A stretch of DNA of 64,000 nt, taken from contig JAMQHL010000012.1 in NCBI GenBank assembly GCA_025993795.1, positions 115,382 to 179,381 on the forward strand, in the 5' to 3' direction. The notes below the pieces were generated by a model, which was not told the DNA's origin, did not search any database, and saw nothing but the letters and a program-made list of their open reading frames with translations. This DNA comes from Planctomycetota bacterium. GTDB taxonomy: Bacteria; Planctomycetota; UBA8742; UBA2392. Position 1 is the stretch's first letter. Each line of letters starts with the position of its first letter. The position numbers and the translations under genes were made by a program. Positions 45,259 to 58,097 of the stretch are shown here, piece after piece.

Positions 45259-47420
45259 CTCTGATCCTGTTAGCGCCCCTGCTGTTCGCGCAGGACGACC
45301 CTGCCGCGGCCAATGCACAGGAAATCGCCGAGCTGATTTCTCGCCTCGCCAGCGACGACTGGCGCACGCGCGAGCGCGCATCACGAGACCTGGTGGGCAT
45401 CGGCGAGCAAGCCCGCGAGGCGCTGCGCAAGGCACTCACGCACGATGACCCTGAGGTGCGCGTACGGGCCAGCGCGGCGCTGATCCGGATTGGCGAGACC
45501 TTCAGTTTTGCCGTGCAGTGCGCCGCGGGCGACGATGAACATCTGGCCCAGCATGGCCGCGCGTCACTGATGAGTCTGTTTCGTATCGACGACCCCAAGG
45601 TCCTGCGCGAACTGACTGCCCGCGAAATGCAGGTGCGGGGCTATTCGTACGGGCCGGGGCTGAACATCATCAAGCCGCCGTTGCTGGCGCTGGCGCAACT
45701 TACGGCGGCGTCGGGTCTGCCGATCCTGGTGTCCGACGACGCGCAAGAGCGCATGCGGCGCATTCTTGAACTGCCGACCATGACCATCCAGGTCGGCGGC
45801 GACGCCAAGCAGCTACTGTGGATCCGTGATGCACTGACCCGTGCGATGCAGATGGCACTGGGCAACCCCACGCCCGAAAATGCGCTGGCGGCAACGCCGA
45901 TGCGACTTGGCCGGGCGATCTTTTTGTACGTTACGCCGGCCCAGGGCGGCGGGGATGTTGCGCAACGCTGCGGGCGCGAACTGATTGCCGCGCTGCTGGC
46001 AGACGACGCCAGTTGTGTGCGCGCGGCCGCGCTGCTGGCGCATGGTGCCGCCGGCGAATCGGAGTCGGCTGGGCGCATTCGCAAAGAGTACGCCGAGAAT
46101 CCTGCCCTGACGCGCCTGATGTGGCTGGCGCTGGCATTGGGGCCTGATGCATCGACCGAGGCGTTGGCACGCAAGAGCGACACGGAGCAGGCGGTCAACC
46201 TGCTGGGTTCGCGCGACTGGACGGTGCTGGACATGGCCGCGAGGTTTCTGCGCTGCCTCGAGCCGGTCCAGCGCGGCAGCGTGCTGTCATCGGCAGTCGA
46301 AAGCGGAAGCGATGCGGTTGCCGTTACCTGCGCGCTGTGGCTTGCTCGCGATTGCCCGCTTATTCCTGCGGCACGCGACCGCGTGCGGCGCCTGCTGGCA
46401 AGCCGGCAGGATTCGCTGGCGGCTGCTGCGGCGCGCTGGTTTGCAGGCGCGGACGAACTCAGCGACGCCGAGCTTGAAGCGGTGTGGAAGGGCGGCGAGA
46501 GCCTGCCCATCAATACCGCGTTCTTTCAGGCCACGAGTGAATTGATCAGCCGGCCAGAGATCGCCGAGCGGCTGATTGAGCGCGCGCGTGCGGCGCTGCG
46601 GGGTGCAACGCCGACGCAGCAGGCACTGGCGGCGCAGGTACTGGCCGGCCGCGCAGGCGACGACGACGTGAAAGTTGTCATCGAGAAACTGAGCGGTGCC
46701 GCCGGTGACGTGCTGCTGGCGCGCCAGTTGATCGGCCTGCTGCAAGGCGCCGCTTCGCTGCCCGAGGAGTCGGAGAAGCGGATGTTGAACGCGATCACGG
46801 ACCCGAAAGTTACGACTCGCGCCGTGTACCTGCGGGCACTGCGTGCCCTTGATCCGAATTTGCAGCTTGTGATCTGTGAAAAGGTCGAGGTGCGATTGCT
46901 TGAGCTGGTGGGCACCAAGGCCAAGGAAGGCGCAGACGCGGCTCCGGCAGACAAGTGGAAGGACGCGCCAGCCTACGTGATGCTCGCGCGCATCGCCACG
47001 CTGGGCCTTCGTGCCGGGCAGGGCAGCATGACGTCCCTGGATGCACTAGCGAGTTTCGTGGAAAGCGACAACCTCGAGTACGCCAAAGCCGCAGGCGCAG
47101 CCGTGTGTGACGCGCTGTCCGGCGACGTACTGTTTCAGACCCTTGATGAGTGGAAGACGCGCGTGGGCCTGGTGCACGGGCCGGCGGCGGCAGTTGAGGG
47201 CTATGCCGAAATCTGCCGCAGGGCGGCGGTCGCCAAGGACCGAAACAGCTTCCGGCGCGCCTATGCTGCCGCGATTACGATCAATGTGCCGAACTCGTGG
47301 CAGCTGCGGAATGAACTGTCGCGTCTGCAGCTTGAGCTGACCAGCGACACCGATGGCGAATCCGGGAAGCGAATGCCGGGCACGCTGAACCTCAGCCAGC
47401 TTGACGTGGACGTGAAGTAG
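45222..47420 (+). CDS. Secreted HEAT-repeat protein
   Basis: The signal-like N-terminus is LALITLILLAPLLFAQ. HEAT-type segments are present (DDWRTRERASRDLVGIGEQAREALRKALTHDDPEVRVRA). The start is uncertain because it overlaps the end of hutI. Confidence 0.6.
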   Translation: MRGSLVSRLALITLILLAPLLFAQDDPAAANAQEIAELISRLASDDWRTRERASRDLVGIGEQAREALRKALTHDDPEVRVRASAALIRIGETFSFAVQCAAGDDEHLAQHGRASLMSLFRIDDPKVLRELTAREMQVRGYSYGPGLNIIKPPLLALAQLTAASGLPILVSDDAQERMRRILELPTMTIQVGGDAKQLLWIRDALTRAMQMALGNPTPENALAATPMRLGRAIFLYVTPAQGGGDVAQRCGRELIAALLADDASCVRAAALLAHGAAGESESAGRIRKEYAENPALTRLMWLALALGPDASTEALARKSDTEQAVNLLGSRDWTVLDMAARFLRCLEPVQRGSVLSSAVESGSDAVAVTCALWLARDCPLIPAARDRVRRLLASRQDSLAAAAARWFAGADELSDAELEAVWKGGESLPINTAFFQATSELISRPEIAERLIERARAALRGATPTQQALAAQVLAGRAGDDDVKVVIEKLSGAAGDVLLARQLIGLLQGAASLPEESEKRMLNAITDPKVTTRAVYLRALRALDPNLQLVICEKVEVRLLELVGTKAKEGADAAPADKWKDAPAYVMLARIATLGLRAGQGSMTSLDALASFVESDNLEYAKAAGAAVCDALSGDVLFQTLDEWKTRVGLVHGPAAAVEGYAEICRRAAVAKDRNSFRRAYAAAITINVPNSWQLRNELSRLQLELTSDTDGESGKRMPGTLNLSQLDVDVK

Positions 47421-47423
47421 CAA

Positions 47424-48266
47424 TCACGGCCATTGGCCCGCGGTCGGGCACAGCTTGCGCAGAAAGCACGCGTCGCACTTCGGCCTTTTGGCCGTGCAAA
47501 TGGTTCGCCCGAAAGTCAGCAGGTTGTGGTGCAGGCTGTATGCGCGGCCGGGCGGAATCAACGGCTTCAGCAGGGCGAAGGTCTTGTCACGCTGCGCCTT
47601 TGTGTCAACAACGCCGAGACGGTTGATGATACGGTGGACGTGTGTGTCCACGGGGCACAGGTCCGCGCCCAGGGCCTCGATCAGCGTGACGCTTACGGTC
47701 TTCACGCCGATGCCTTTCAGGCCGGCCAGCGCCTCCATTGACGCGTCAACGCCCAGCTTGCGAATCGCCGCGTCCAGCGAATAGTTACCCACGGCTTCTT
47801 TCAGCCAGTGCAACAGCGCCAGGATTGCGCCGGACTTGCTGTCCGGCAGGCCGGCTGCGCGGATGTAGTCGGCGAGTGTCTTCTGCGGCAGGTTTGCCAC
47901 GGCAGACCAGTCGGGCGGCTCAACGGCGACGGCGGCGTTGGAAAGGCGCAGCGCGACCCTGTCGATGTTGCCTGCGGCGTCGCGCGGCAGCTTGCTTGCG
48001 TCTTTGCCGGTGTGCTTGCCGGGCAAGTGCGCCGCAAGGTTCTGGTAGCCGCGCAGGGCGTTGGGGTCCGTGGTGTTCTGGCTCAGGATCGTGAGGACCA
48101 ATACTTCAAGCGAGTCCTTGGGGCCGTCCCAGACCGCGACGCCAAGGTTGGCTTCCAGCAGGTCAATCACGCGCACCAGTCGCTTGCGCGGGTCTTTGAC
48201 AGCGCGCGTGGCTTCTTCGCGATGGGGGGTGCCGGTGCGCTTGAGTTTGCTGAGTCTGGCGGGCAT
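47424..48266 (-). CDS. Endonuclease III-like HhH-GPD DNA glycosylase with an Fe-S cluster
   Basis: The motifs are LVLTILSQNTTD, the HhH GIGVKTVSVTL, DTHVHRIINRLG, and the C-terminal CTAKRPKCDACFLRKLC. Confidence 0.8.
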   Translation of the reverse strand: MPARLSKLKRTGTPHREEATRAVKDPRKRLVRVIDLLEANLGVAVWDGPKDSLEVLVLTILSQNTTDPNALRGYQNLAAHLPGKHTGKDASKLPRDAAGNIDRVALRLSNAAVAVEPPDWSAVANLPQKTLADYIRAAGLPDSKSGAILALLHWLKEAVGNYSLDAAIRKLGVDASMEALAGLKGIGVKTVSVTLIEALGADLCPVDTHVHRIINRLGVVDTKAQRDKTFALLKPLIPPGRAYSLHHNLLTFGRTICTAKRPKCDACFLRKLCPTAGQWP

Positions 48267-48308
48267 CCCGCGAAACTAGGAACAGGCGGCTGCGGCGCAA
48301 GCGACGAA

Positions 48309-48590
48309 TCAATCCACCCACTCAAACCCGGTGACGGTCCAGCGCCCTTGTGCGAACTCGATCGCCAGTTGCATCTCGCGCCATTCCGCGTCCTGGTAGA
48401 CCTCGGTAGCTACGGTTGCGCTCAGCCCGGTCTGAATGCTGTCCAGAATGCGGAAGTCACTGGCAAAGCCGGTTTCGTTGAGTTGCGCCTGCAGCCAGGC
48501 GCGGGCTGCGTTCTCAGGCGTGCGCTTCTGGGCCGCTTCGTCCAGCGGCGTCAGCAGCGCGTTCAGCAGGGCATAGCGAAGGGTTCCCAT
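48309..48590 (-). CDS. Hypothetical small protein
   Basis: The ORF lies downstream of carB on the same strand. No family was recognised. Confidence 0.4.
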   Translation of the reverse strand: MGTLRYALLNALLTPLDEAAQKRTPENAARAWLQAQLNETGFASDFRILDSIQTGLSATVATEVYQDAEWREMQLAIEFAQGRWTVTGFEWVD

Positions 48591-48632
48591 GGCATCCTCC
48601 GCACTATGATTGGAAAGCGCGGCGCCGGGATT

Positions 48633-48941
48633 TCAGGGATCGAGACTTTCGGGGCCGCTTGCAGCTTTCGCAGCCTCTGCATCGGCCTTTCGACGCCCAA
48701 GCCGGCGCCCGAATGATCCCAAGTAGGCAACAACCAGCAAAACCGCGATGCCAAGCGGCACCCAGAGGTCTACTTGCAGAGTTGAGGCATCGCGACCGGT
48801 AATCCAGCTGATGAACGCTACCAGTCCCCCCAAGACAAGCGTGCCAGCCAGCAGCAGCAGTGGTTTCAGTACACAACCCAAGGCCTGATGTTCTATGACA
48901 TCAACTATGTCGGGCTGAACACCATTTCCGCCCTCGGTCAT
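48633..48941 (-). CDS. Hypothetical membrane protein (two TM helices)
   Basis: The hydrophobic segments are LKPLLLLAGTLVLGGLVAFISWI and WVPLGIAVLLVVAYLG. The gene starts 5 nt after the carB stop. Confidence 0.4.
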   Translation of the reverse strand: MTEGGNGVQPDIVDVIEHQALGCVLKPLLLLAGTLVLGGLVAFISWITGRDASTLQVDLWVPLGIAVLLVVAYLGSFGRRLGRRKADAEAAKAASGPESLDP

Positions 48942-48945
48942 CGCG

Positions 48946-52170
<3,225 letters not shown>

Positions 52171-52243
52171 TGCTTGTGTCCTGTGTGCTGCGTCGCGAGT
52201 TCGGCGTGGCGTATCCGCTGCCTCTGGATACGCCACGCAGGGC

Positions 52244-52627
52244 TCAGGACTTTTCGATTACGACTGTCGCTGTCGCATACTCACGCGTGTGGCTGATCGA
52301 CAGCCACAAAAAAAACGGCCCGAAGCCGTCCAGTGCTTTCTTTGCTTCTCCGGTCACGTGTAGCGCCGGTTTGCCTTCTGCGTTGTTCATCACGCCAATC
52401 TCGCCAAAGCCGACACCCCTGGCCCACCCAGTGCCGATGGCCTTCATGAACGCTTCTTTGGCGGCGAACCTCCCGGCGTAGTGGGGGCCGGGGCGGACTT
52501 TGCCTTTGCAGTACTCAATTTCGGCGGGGGTGAAGACGCGCGGCAGGAAGTCGTCAGCTTTGTCGCGCAGCAGCTTTTCGATGCGGGCGACTTCGACGAT
52601 GTCAGTGCCAAGGCCAAGGATAGCCAT
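52244..52627 (-). CDS. acpS: Holo-[acyl-carrier-protein] synthase
   Basis: The protein has [17 protein letters not shown]...[10 protein letters not shown]...ISHTREYA and is 127 aa. Confidence 0.9.
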   Translation of the reverse strand: MAILGLGTDIVEVARIEKLLRDKADDFLPRVFTPAEIEYCKGKVRPGPHYAGRFAAKEAFMKAIGTGWARGVGFGEIGVMNNAEGKPALHVTGEAKKALDGFGPFFLWLSISHTREYATATVVIEKS

Positions 52628-52797
52628 CGGGGGCGGGAGATTAGCGGGTGACGGCGCGAATGCAACGTGTGGACAACGTCAGGGCCAAGTCGCTTTCTCA
52701 GCGGCTGAGTTTCGAAGCAACCGTCACCGTCGGCGCGCCCGAAAGCACGGCCCCGCTTGTGGGGGCACCGGTCGCAACGGCGCCGGTAGCCAGGCGT

Positions 52798-53616
52798 CTA
52801 AAGCACGCGGGCGCTGGCGTAGCCCACGACCTGGTGAAGGTCGCCGCTGACCTGCCCGCTGGTGGTGTGTTCGAGTATCTCTACGCGGGTGGCGCCGAGT
52901 GCGCGGCAGGTCTCTAGCATCAACGCCGTCGCGCCGACTCCGCACATTGTGATGTCATGGAGATTGCAGACTTCAATCATGCCGGCGGTGTCGAAGGCGG
53001 CGAGTTTGTCCAGCGCAAGCTGATCTCGGGCCATGGTCTCGTCGTGGTCGGCGTAGTGGTTCATGTCGCTGCTCGCGATCACCAGCACGTCGTCACTCTG
53101 GGCCAGAATCGCGCGGGCGATCTCGCGGCCGACTCGCTGCGCAAGCTCGGCACTCACCGTGACAGCGCTGACCACGGCAATGCGCACGTCGGGACCTAGC
53201 ACTTGAAGAAATGGCAGGACGACTTCTGCGGCATGTTCACCGAAATGCGGCAGGTTGCTGGCGGTGATGCCGTCGATGTTCGCCAGCGCGGTGCAAAGGG
53301 CATCGTCAGAGCGCACGGTCCCCAGCGGTGTTTCCCATTCCCGATAGGCTGCCAGCGACAGGTCGCCGCCGCCAAGCAGGTGCTTGGTGTGCAGGATCAG
53401 GCACACTGGCGGGATCTCGACGCTGGCCAGCGCGCGCCCACAAACCGCACCGCTGTACATGTAGCCCGCGTGGGGCACCATCGCGCCGTAAGCCCTGGCG
53501 CGCGGTGCCGCCGGTGAAGCCAGATAGCCCTCGATCTCTGTGCGCAGGCGCCTGGGCACCGCTGTATAGAAGCGACCGGCGACTGCGGCATGGCGCGTAT
53601 GTTCTGTGATCGGCAT
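52798..53616 (-). CDS. MEMO1-family protein (AmmeMemoRadiSam system protein B-like)
   Basis: The sequence has AGRFY...MVPHAGYMYSG...SSDMNHY and a MEMO-like length of 272 aa. Confidence 0.8.
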   Translation of the reverse strand: MPITEHTRHAAVAGRFYTAVPRRLRTEIEGYLASPAAPRARAYGAMVPHAGYMYSGAVCGRALASVEIPPVCLILHTKHLLGGGDLSLAAYREWETPLGTVRSDDALCTALANIDGITASNLPHFGEHAAEVVLPFLQVLGPDVRIAVVSAVTVSAELAQRVGREIARAILAQSDDVLVIASSDMNHYADHDETMARDQLALDKLAAFDTAGMIEVCNLHDITMCGVGATALMLETCRALGATRVEILEHTTSGQVSGDLHQVVGYASARVL

Positions 53617-53630
53617 GGTCGGTTCTGGAG

Positions 53631-53722
53631 CTGTCGTTGAAGAGTTGTCAGTCTTCAGTTGTCAGTCGCTGAAGAACGCGGCATTGCAGTTTGCCGACAG
53701 CTGACAACTGACAACCGACAAC
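53631..53722. repeat. Heptad-built palindromic intercistronic element, copy A
   Basis: The arms are built from GTTGTCR/YGACAAC heptads. The right arm GCTGACAACTGACAACCGACAAC (53700-53722) is the exact reverse complement of the 23-mer at 62345-62367. The left arm is AGTTGTCAGTCTTCAGTTGTCAG. Confidence 0.85.
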
Positions 53723-55497
53723 TAGATATCAATGTCATCAGGCGATTCTTCCGGTACCGCATCGACAATCACATACGTGCCGCCCAGAACATCGCCCAGG
53801 CGTTGCTGTTTCCCGGTCATCATCATCAGCACCATCGGGATCAGCAGTACCAGGAAGTGTACAAGCTCAAACACCTTTACCAGATTGCGCACGATGAGGC
53901 GCCAGGTTGCGGGCTGTTCTCCTTTCACATCGACCACCCGCAGGCGCAGAAGGGCTTTGCCGAAAGTGCGTCCCCAGAACACCTCGGCCACTGTGCTGTA
54001 AATGATCAGCACAAGCAGCGTCACCAGCGTGGCCATCACGGTCTGCAACAGTGACCCATCCATCGTTGCAACGCCGAACGACAGAAAGCCGTAAGCTTGG
54101 TCCCAGGTAAAGTCATAGACGTCCTGCAGCAGGATGATGATGGGGCTGGTGATCGCGATGTCGATGAACAGGGCCAGCGCCCGCGCCAAGCTGCTGGCAT
54201 ACAGCAGCTTGATCTCGGGCTTCCTGGGCTTGCTGGTGTCGGTTTCGAGTTTCTTTTCCAGCAGTGCGGCCAGCGTGCGGTCACCCGGCCGCTCACGGTT
54301 TAGCAGCAGCCACACGCCCTGTGACGCCATCAACAGCAGCACGCCGAACAGCAGCACAAACCAGATGATGTAAACAGTTGCGCCCTGGGTGCGGTCGATG
54401 GGCAGTACCTCGGCCTGCTGCCACTCAACGCCGTCGGCGCTGAGCCTGCCGCGGGCCAGCTTGACCTGTGGGCCGTCGTTGAAGGCCAGCAGCAGCGAGT
54501 CGCCATTGCGCGCGATGCTGACGAAGTTGCTTACGTCCAGGCCCGAGGGCGGCTTTTCGCGCGGCGGCAACGTGCCGTCGATCCACTTCTTTTCGGCCGG
54601 GTCGTAGGCCAGCAGGCCCCATGCGCGCTCGTCCTTGCGGATGAACGCGACGACCGGGTGGTCGCCCTTTTCACCGCGGATGACTGCAAGGCTTGAACGT
54701 TTGACGTTCGCGGTGACCTTCGTTCGCTCGATGACGTCAATTCGCGTGCGGCGCGACCGGGGTGCGGCGGTATCTGCGGCCACGGGCGCGGTTGCATCCT
54801 GGGGCGCTACCGCCACTGCGTCGTCAATCGCGGCATGGAACGTCACCAGCGTAAGTTCGTTGTTGCGCGTGTCGCGGACGGAAAGCCAGATCCGGTCACC
54901 GATGCTCACGCCGCGCAATTCGGCACCGACGCCGGTGGTCTTGTGCAACGAGTGCGCCGCCACGTCCGGCTGATCAAGCGGCCGCACGCTGACTTCGCTG
55001 CCGCGCGTCCAGCACAGCCAGTTGTGCCCGTCGCTGCGCAGCACCACGGCGGAGGTGTCGGGGTCGTTCAGGTCGAGGTTGTGAATTTTGGTTCGGGGCC
55101 AACCATCCTGTCCCAGGTCAAATTCCAGAAAGCGGGCACCGGTGGTGATGCCGATGCGGTCATTCGGCAGCAGCGTGATGCCGGTGATCGTGCCCTCATA
55201 ACGAGAGCCCATGGTCACGGTATCGCCATCGACGCGCAGCAATCCGAACGTGCCGCCAAGCTTGCCCTGGTTGTTGAGTTCAAGGTGCTGGTCGATCATC
55301 CACAGCTGGTCGTCAATCGGCAGCAGATGCAGGTTGCGCGTGGTCGGCGCCAGATTCTGCGCCTGGTTCACGCCAAACAGCAGGATGACGGTAACGGCCA
55401 CCGTAATCGCAAATGAAAAACGCACCAGTCGCTGGCGTTTGCGCTGGCGCTCAATGCGTGCGCGAAGTTCATCGGGAATGTGGGCTTTGTCCGCCAT
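53722..55497 (-). CDS. RDD-family membrane protein with a large N-terminal extracytoplasmic domain
   Basis: The C-terminal RDD-type region contains ARALALFIDIAITSPI...WGRTFGKALLRLRVV...LGDVLGGTYVI. There is an N-terminal TM helix and a beta-rich domain. Confidence 0.7.
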   Translation of the reverse strand: MADKAHIPDELRARIERQRKRQRLVRFSFAITVAVTVILLFGVNQAQNLAPTTRNLHLLPIDDQLWMIDQHLELNNQGKLGGTFGLLRVDGDTVTMGSRYEGTITGITLLPNDRIGITTGARFLEFDLGQDGWPRTKIHNLDLNDPDTSAVVLRSDGHNWLCWTRGSEVSVRPLDQPDVAAHSLHKTTGVGAELRGVSIGDRIWLSVRDTRNNELTLVTFHAAIDDAVAVAPQDATAPVAADTAAPRSRRTRIDVIERTKVTANVKRSSLAVIRGEKGDHPVVAFIRKDERAWGLLAYDPAEKKWIDGTLPPREKPPSGLDVSNFVSIARNGDSLLLAFNDGPQVKLARGRLSADGVEWQQAEVLPIDRTQGATVYIIWFVLLFGVLLLMASQGVWLLLNRERPGDRTLAALLEKKLETDTSKPRKPEIKLLYASSLARALALFIDIAITSPIIILLQDVYDFTWDQAYGFLSFGVATMDGSLLQTVMATLVTLLVLIIYSTVAEVFWGRTFGKALLRLRVVDVKGEQPATWRLIVRNLVKVFELVHFLVLLIPMVLMMMTGKQQRLGDVLGGTYVIVDAVPEESPDDIDI

Positions 55498-55580
55498 GCA
55501 ACCCTAATGTGTGGCAGGGCACCGGTCATTCCAACCAAAATGACCCAGATTCGAAGCAGGAGCGGCCCAGTGCGGCGGGC

Positions 55581-55706
<126 letters not shown>

Positions 55707-55773
55707 GCATTCAGGCCGCGAGCAAGGTAGCCGCTGGGGTCTGAGTGTCAACGGGAAGACCGTTCGCGAAGTT

Positions 55774-56541
55774 TCAAACAAGACCGTACTTGGGCAGCAA
55801 CCAGCCCATCGCGGCCAGCGCGCCGTTGCCGGCAATGTGCAGCAGGATCGGCGCCACCAGCGTGCGTCGGTACTCGTAGGCAATTGCAAACACCAGACCG
55901 CCGAAAAATTGGTTGATCGGAAATACGTTGCTGTGCGCCAGCGCAAAGAAAACCGAAGTGATCAAGATGGCGGGCATGCGCCCGAACTCAGCGCGCATCG
56001 GGCCGTACAGCACACCCCGGTACCACAGCTCCTCCAGGATCGGGTAAAGCAATACAACGCCCAGCAGATGACCCAGTGACAGGTCCTTGAACATCGAGTC
56101 GCGCAGAAACTGGGAAAACGCTTCTTGCGGCGCGTCATGACCCCATTCGAAATACAGCCGAACCGCAGTGCCCGCGACCAGGTACAGGGCACCCATCACC
56201 AACCCGGCCACTAACGCGAACAACAAGTCACCGGGTACTCGATCAAGCGATATGCCCAGAGCCCAAAGAGGTTTGCGCTTTGACAGGCACCAAGCCACCA
56301 ACGCGACCGACCAGACAACCATCACAAGGGCGTGAAAGGTAAAGCCCGGCAGACCGGCGGGTACTGACATCCACTTGTGTTCGATGGCTGAAAAAAGCAG
56401 TGTCTGAACGGCCAGCATCGACGCGAGCCAGATGATTGCGCCAAGCATGGAAAACGGCTGGGCAGGAAGAAAAGTCACCCAGGAATTCGCAGGGGGCGAA
56501 ATCGGCGTCCCGGATTCAAGTTGTAAGTCGTTACTATTCAA
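55774..56541 (-). CDS. CPBP-family intramembrane glutamic endopeptidase (CAAX protease-like)
   Basis: The motifs are ILEELWYRG and FFALAHS...HIAGN, in a polytopic protein. Confidence 0.85.
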   Translation of the reverse strand: MNSNDLQLESGTPISPPANSWVTFLPAQPFSMLGAIIWLASMLAVQTLLFSAIEHKWMSVPAGLPGFTFHALVMVVWSVALVAWCLSKRKPLWALGISLDRVPGDLLFALVAGLVMGALYLVAGTAVRLYFEWGHDAPQEAFSQFLRDSMFKDLSLGHLLGVVLLYPILEELWYRGVLYGPMRAEFGRMPAILITSVFFALAHSNVFPINQFFGGLVFAIAYEYRRTLVAPILLHIAGNGALAAMGWLLPKYGLV

Positions 56542-56681
56542 GTACTTACCAAGAATATTTCACGCCGGCTTTCAGATTCCCGCCTTGCAATAGGACGTCT
56601 ATCATATACACTAAGTCTCGTTCAGCCTATGGCTTAGGCTAATTCGGTGCGGTTCTGGTACTCGAAATTCGCGAGTCTAAT

Positions 56682-57092
56682 ATGACAAGCCGTCGAACCA
56701 TCACAAAGAAAGAATTGGTTCTGCGTATTGCCGAGAAGACTCAGCAAAAGCAGACCATAACCCGCGACATCATCCAGATGTTCATCGATGAAGTGATCAC
56801 CGAGCTTGCACGTGGTAACCGCCTTGAGTTGCGTGACTTCGGCGTTTTTGAGGTCAAGGTTCGCAAGGCGCGAAAAGCGCGTAACCCCAAGACCGGCGCT
56901 GAAGTAAGAGTACCCGAAAAGCGGGTTGTGACCATCAAGCCGGGTAAGAAAATGAAAGAAGAAATCAACCGTTATGCAGAAGCGGAGATGGCGGCTGAAC
57001 TTGCCGCCAGTGCCGCTGCTGTATCCGGCGCCGTCGCCCCAACGCACATACCGATGGCAGGGGATGACGAGGATGGGGACGACGAGTCCTGA
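56682..57092 (+). CDS. HU/IHF-family DNA-binding protein with an Ala-rich/acidic C-terminal tail
   Basis: ITKKELVLRIAEKT...RLELRDFGVFEVKVRKARKARNPKTGAEVRVPEKRVVTIKPGKKMK is the HU/IHF fold pattern. The tail ends in GDDEDGDDES. Confidence 0.85.
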   Translation: MTSRRTITKKELVLRIAEKTQQKQTITRDIIQMFIDEVITELARGNRLELRDFGVFEVKVRKARKARNPKTGAEVRVPEKRVVTIKPGKKMKEEINRYAEAEMAAELAASAAAVSGAVAPTHIPMAGDDEDGDDES

Positions 57093-57115
57093 TCCGTCGA
57101 GCAGCGGAACCCAGC

Positions 57116-57688
<573 letters not shown>

Positions 57689-57842
57689 CTGGGCCAAGGG
57701 CATCAAGACAACCAACAAGTGGCGCAAGCGCGGCAAGCCGTCGCGCGCTGGCAACCCTCGGTAAGCACGCGGTGTGAAAACAGAACAACGGCCCCCGGCG
57801 CAAGTCGGGGGTCTGTTATCGGTAGCAGCGCGAATCGACTGC

Positions 57843-57932
57843 GGAGGGGTGGCAGAGTGGTTGATCGCGTCGGTTTCGAAAACCGATTTGCCCGAAAGGG
57901 TAACGGGGGTTCGAATCCCCCCCCCTCCGCCA
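57843..57932 (+). tRNA. tRNA-Ser (anticodon CGA), long variable arm, CCA encoded
   Basis: GGAGGGGTGGCAGAGTGGTTGATCGCGTCGGTTTCGAAAACCGA...GGGGGTTCGAATCCCCCCCCCTCCGCCA. The anticodon loop is TTCGAAA. Confidence 0.9.
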
Positions 57933-57944
57933 CAAGAAGCAGCG

Positions 57945-57968
57945 AGCCCCGAGCGCAAGCTCGGGGCT
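57945..57968 (+). terminator. Hairpin after tRNA-Ser(CGA)
   Basis: AGCCCCGAGC-GCAA-GCTCGGGGCT forms a 10-bp stem with a GNRA-like loop. It is followed by GCTCTATTC. Confidence 0.5.
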
Positions 57969-58097
57969 GCTCTATTCAGGGACCTGGCCTTTCGTCCGTG
58001 GCTCTGCCTCTGCGAACCAGTCAGCATTTCATTCATCAGCAGGGCATCACTGTCGCCGCCAACGGCCTCACGCGGTGACTCAGGGTTGTCCTACCGC

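Noticed and set aside
53631-53722. The heptad repeats could be a CRISPR array or a microsatellite.
   Set aside because: There is no repeat-spacer periodicity of CRISPR size. The structure is a palindrome of 7-nt units with two copies 8.6 kb apart, which fits a REP-like element better.
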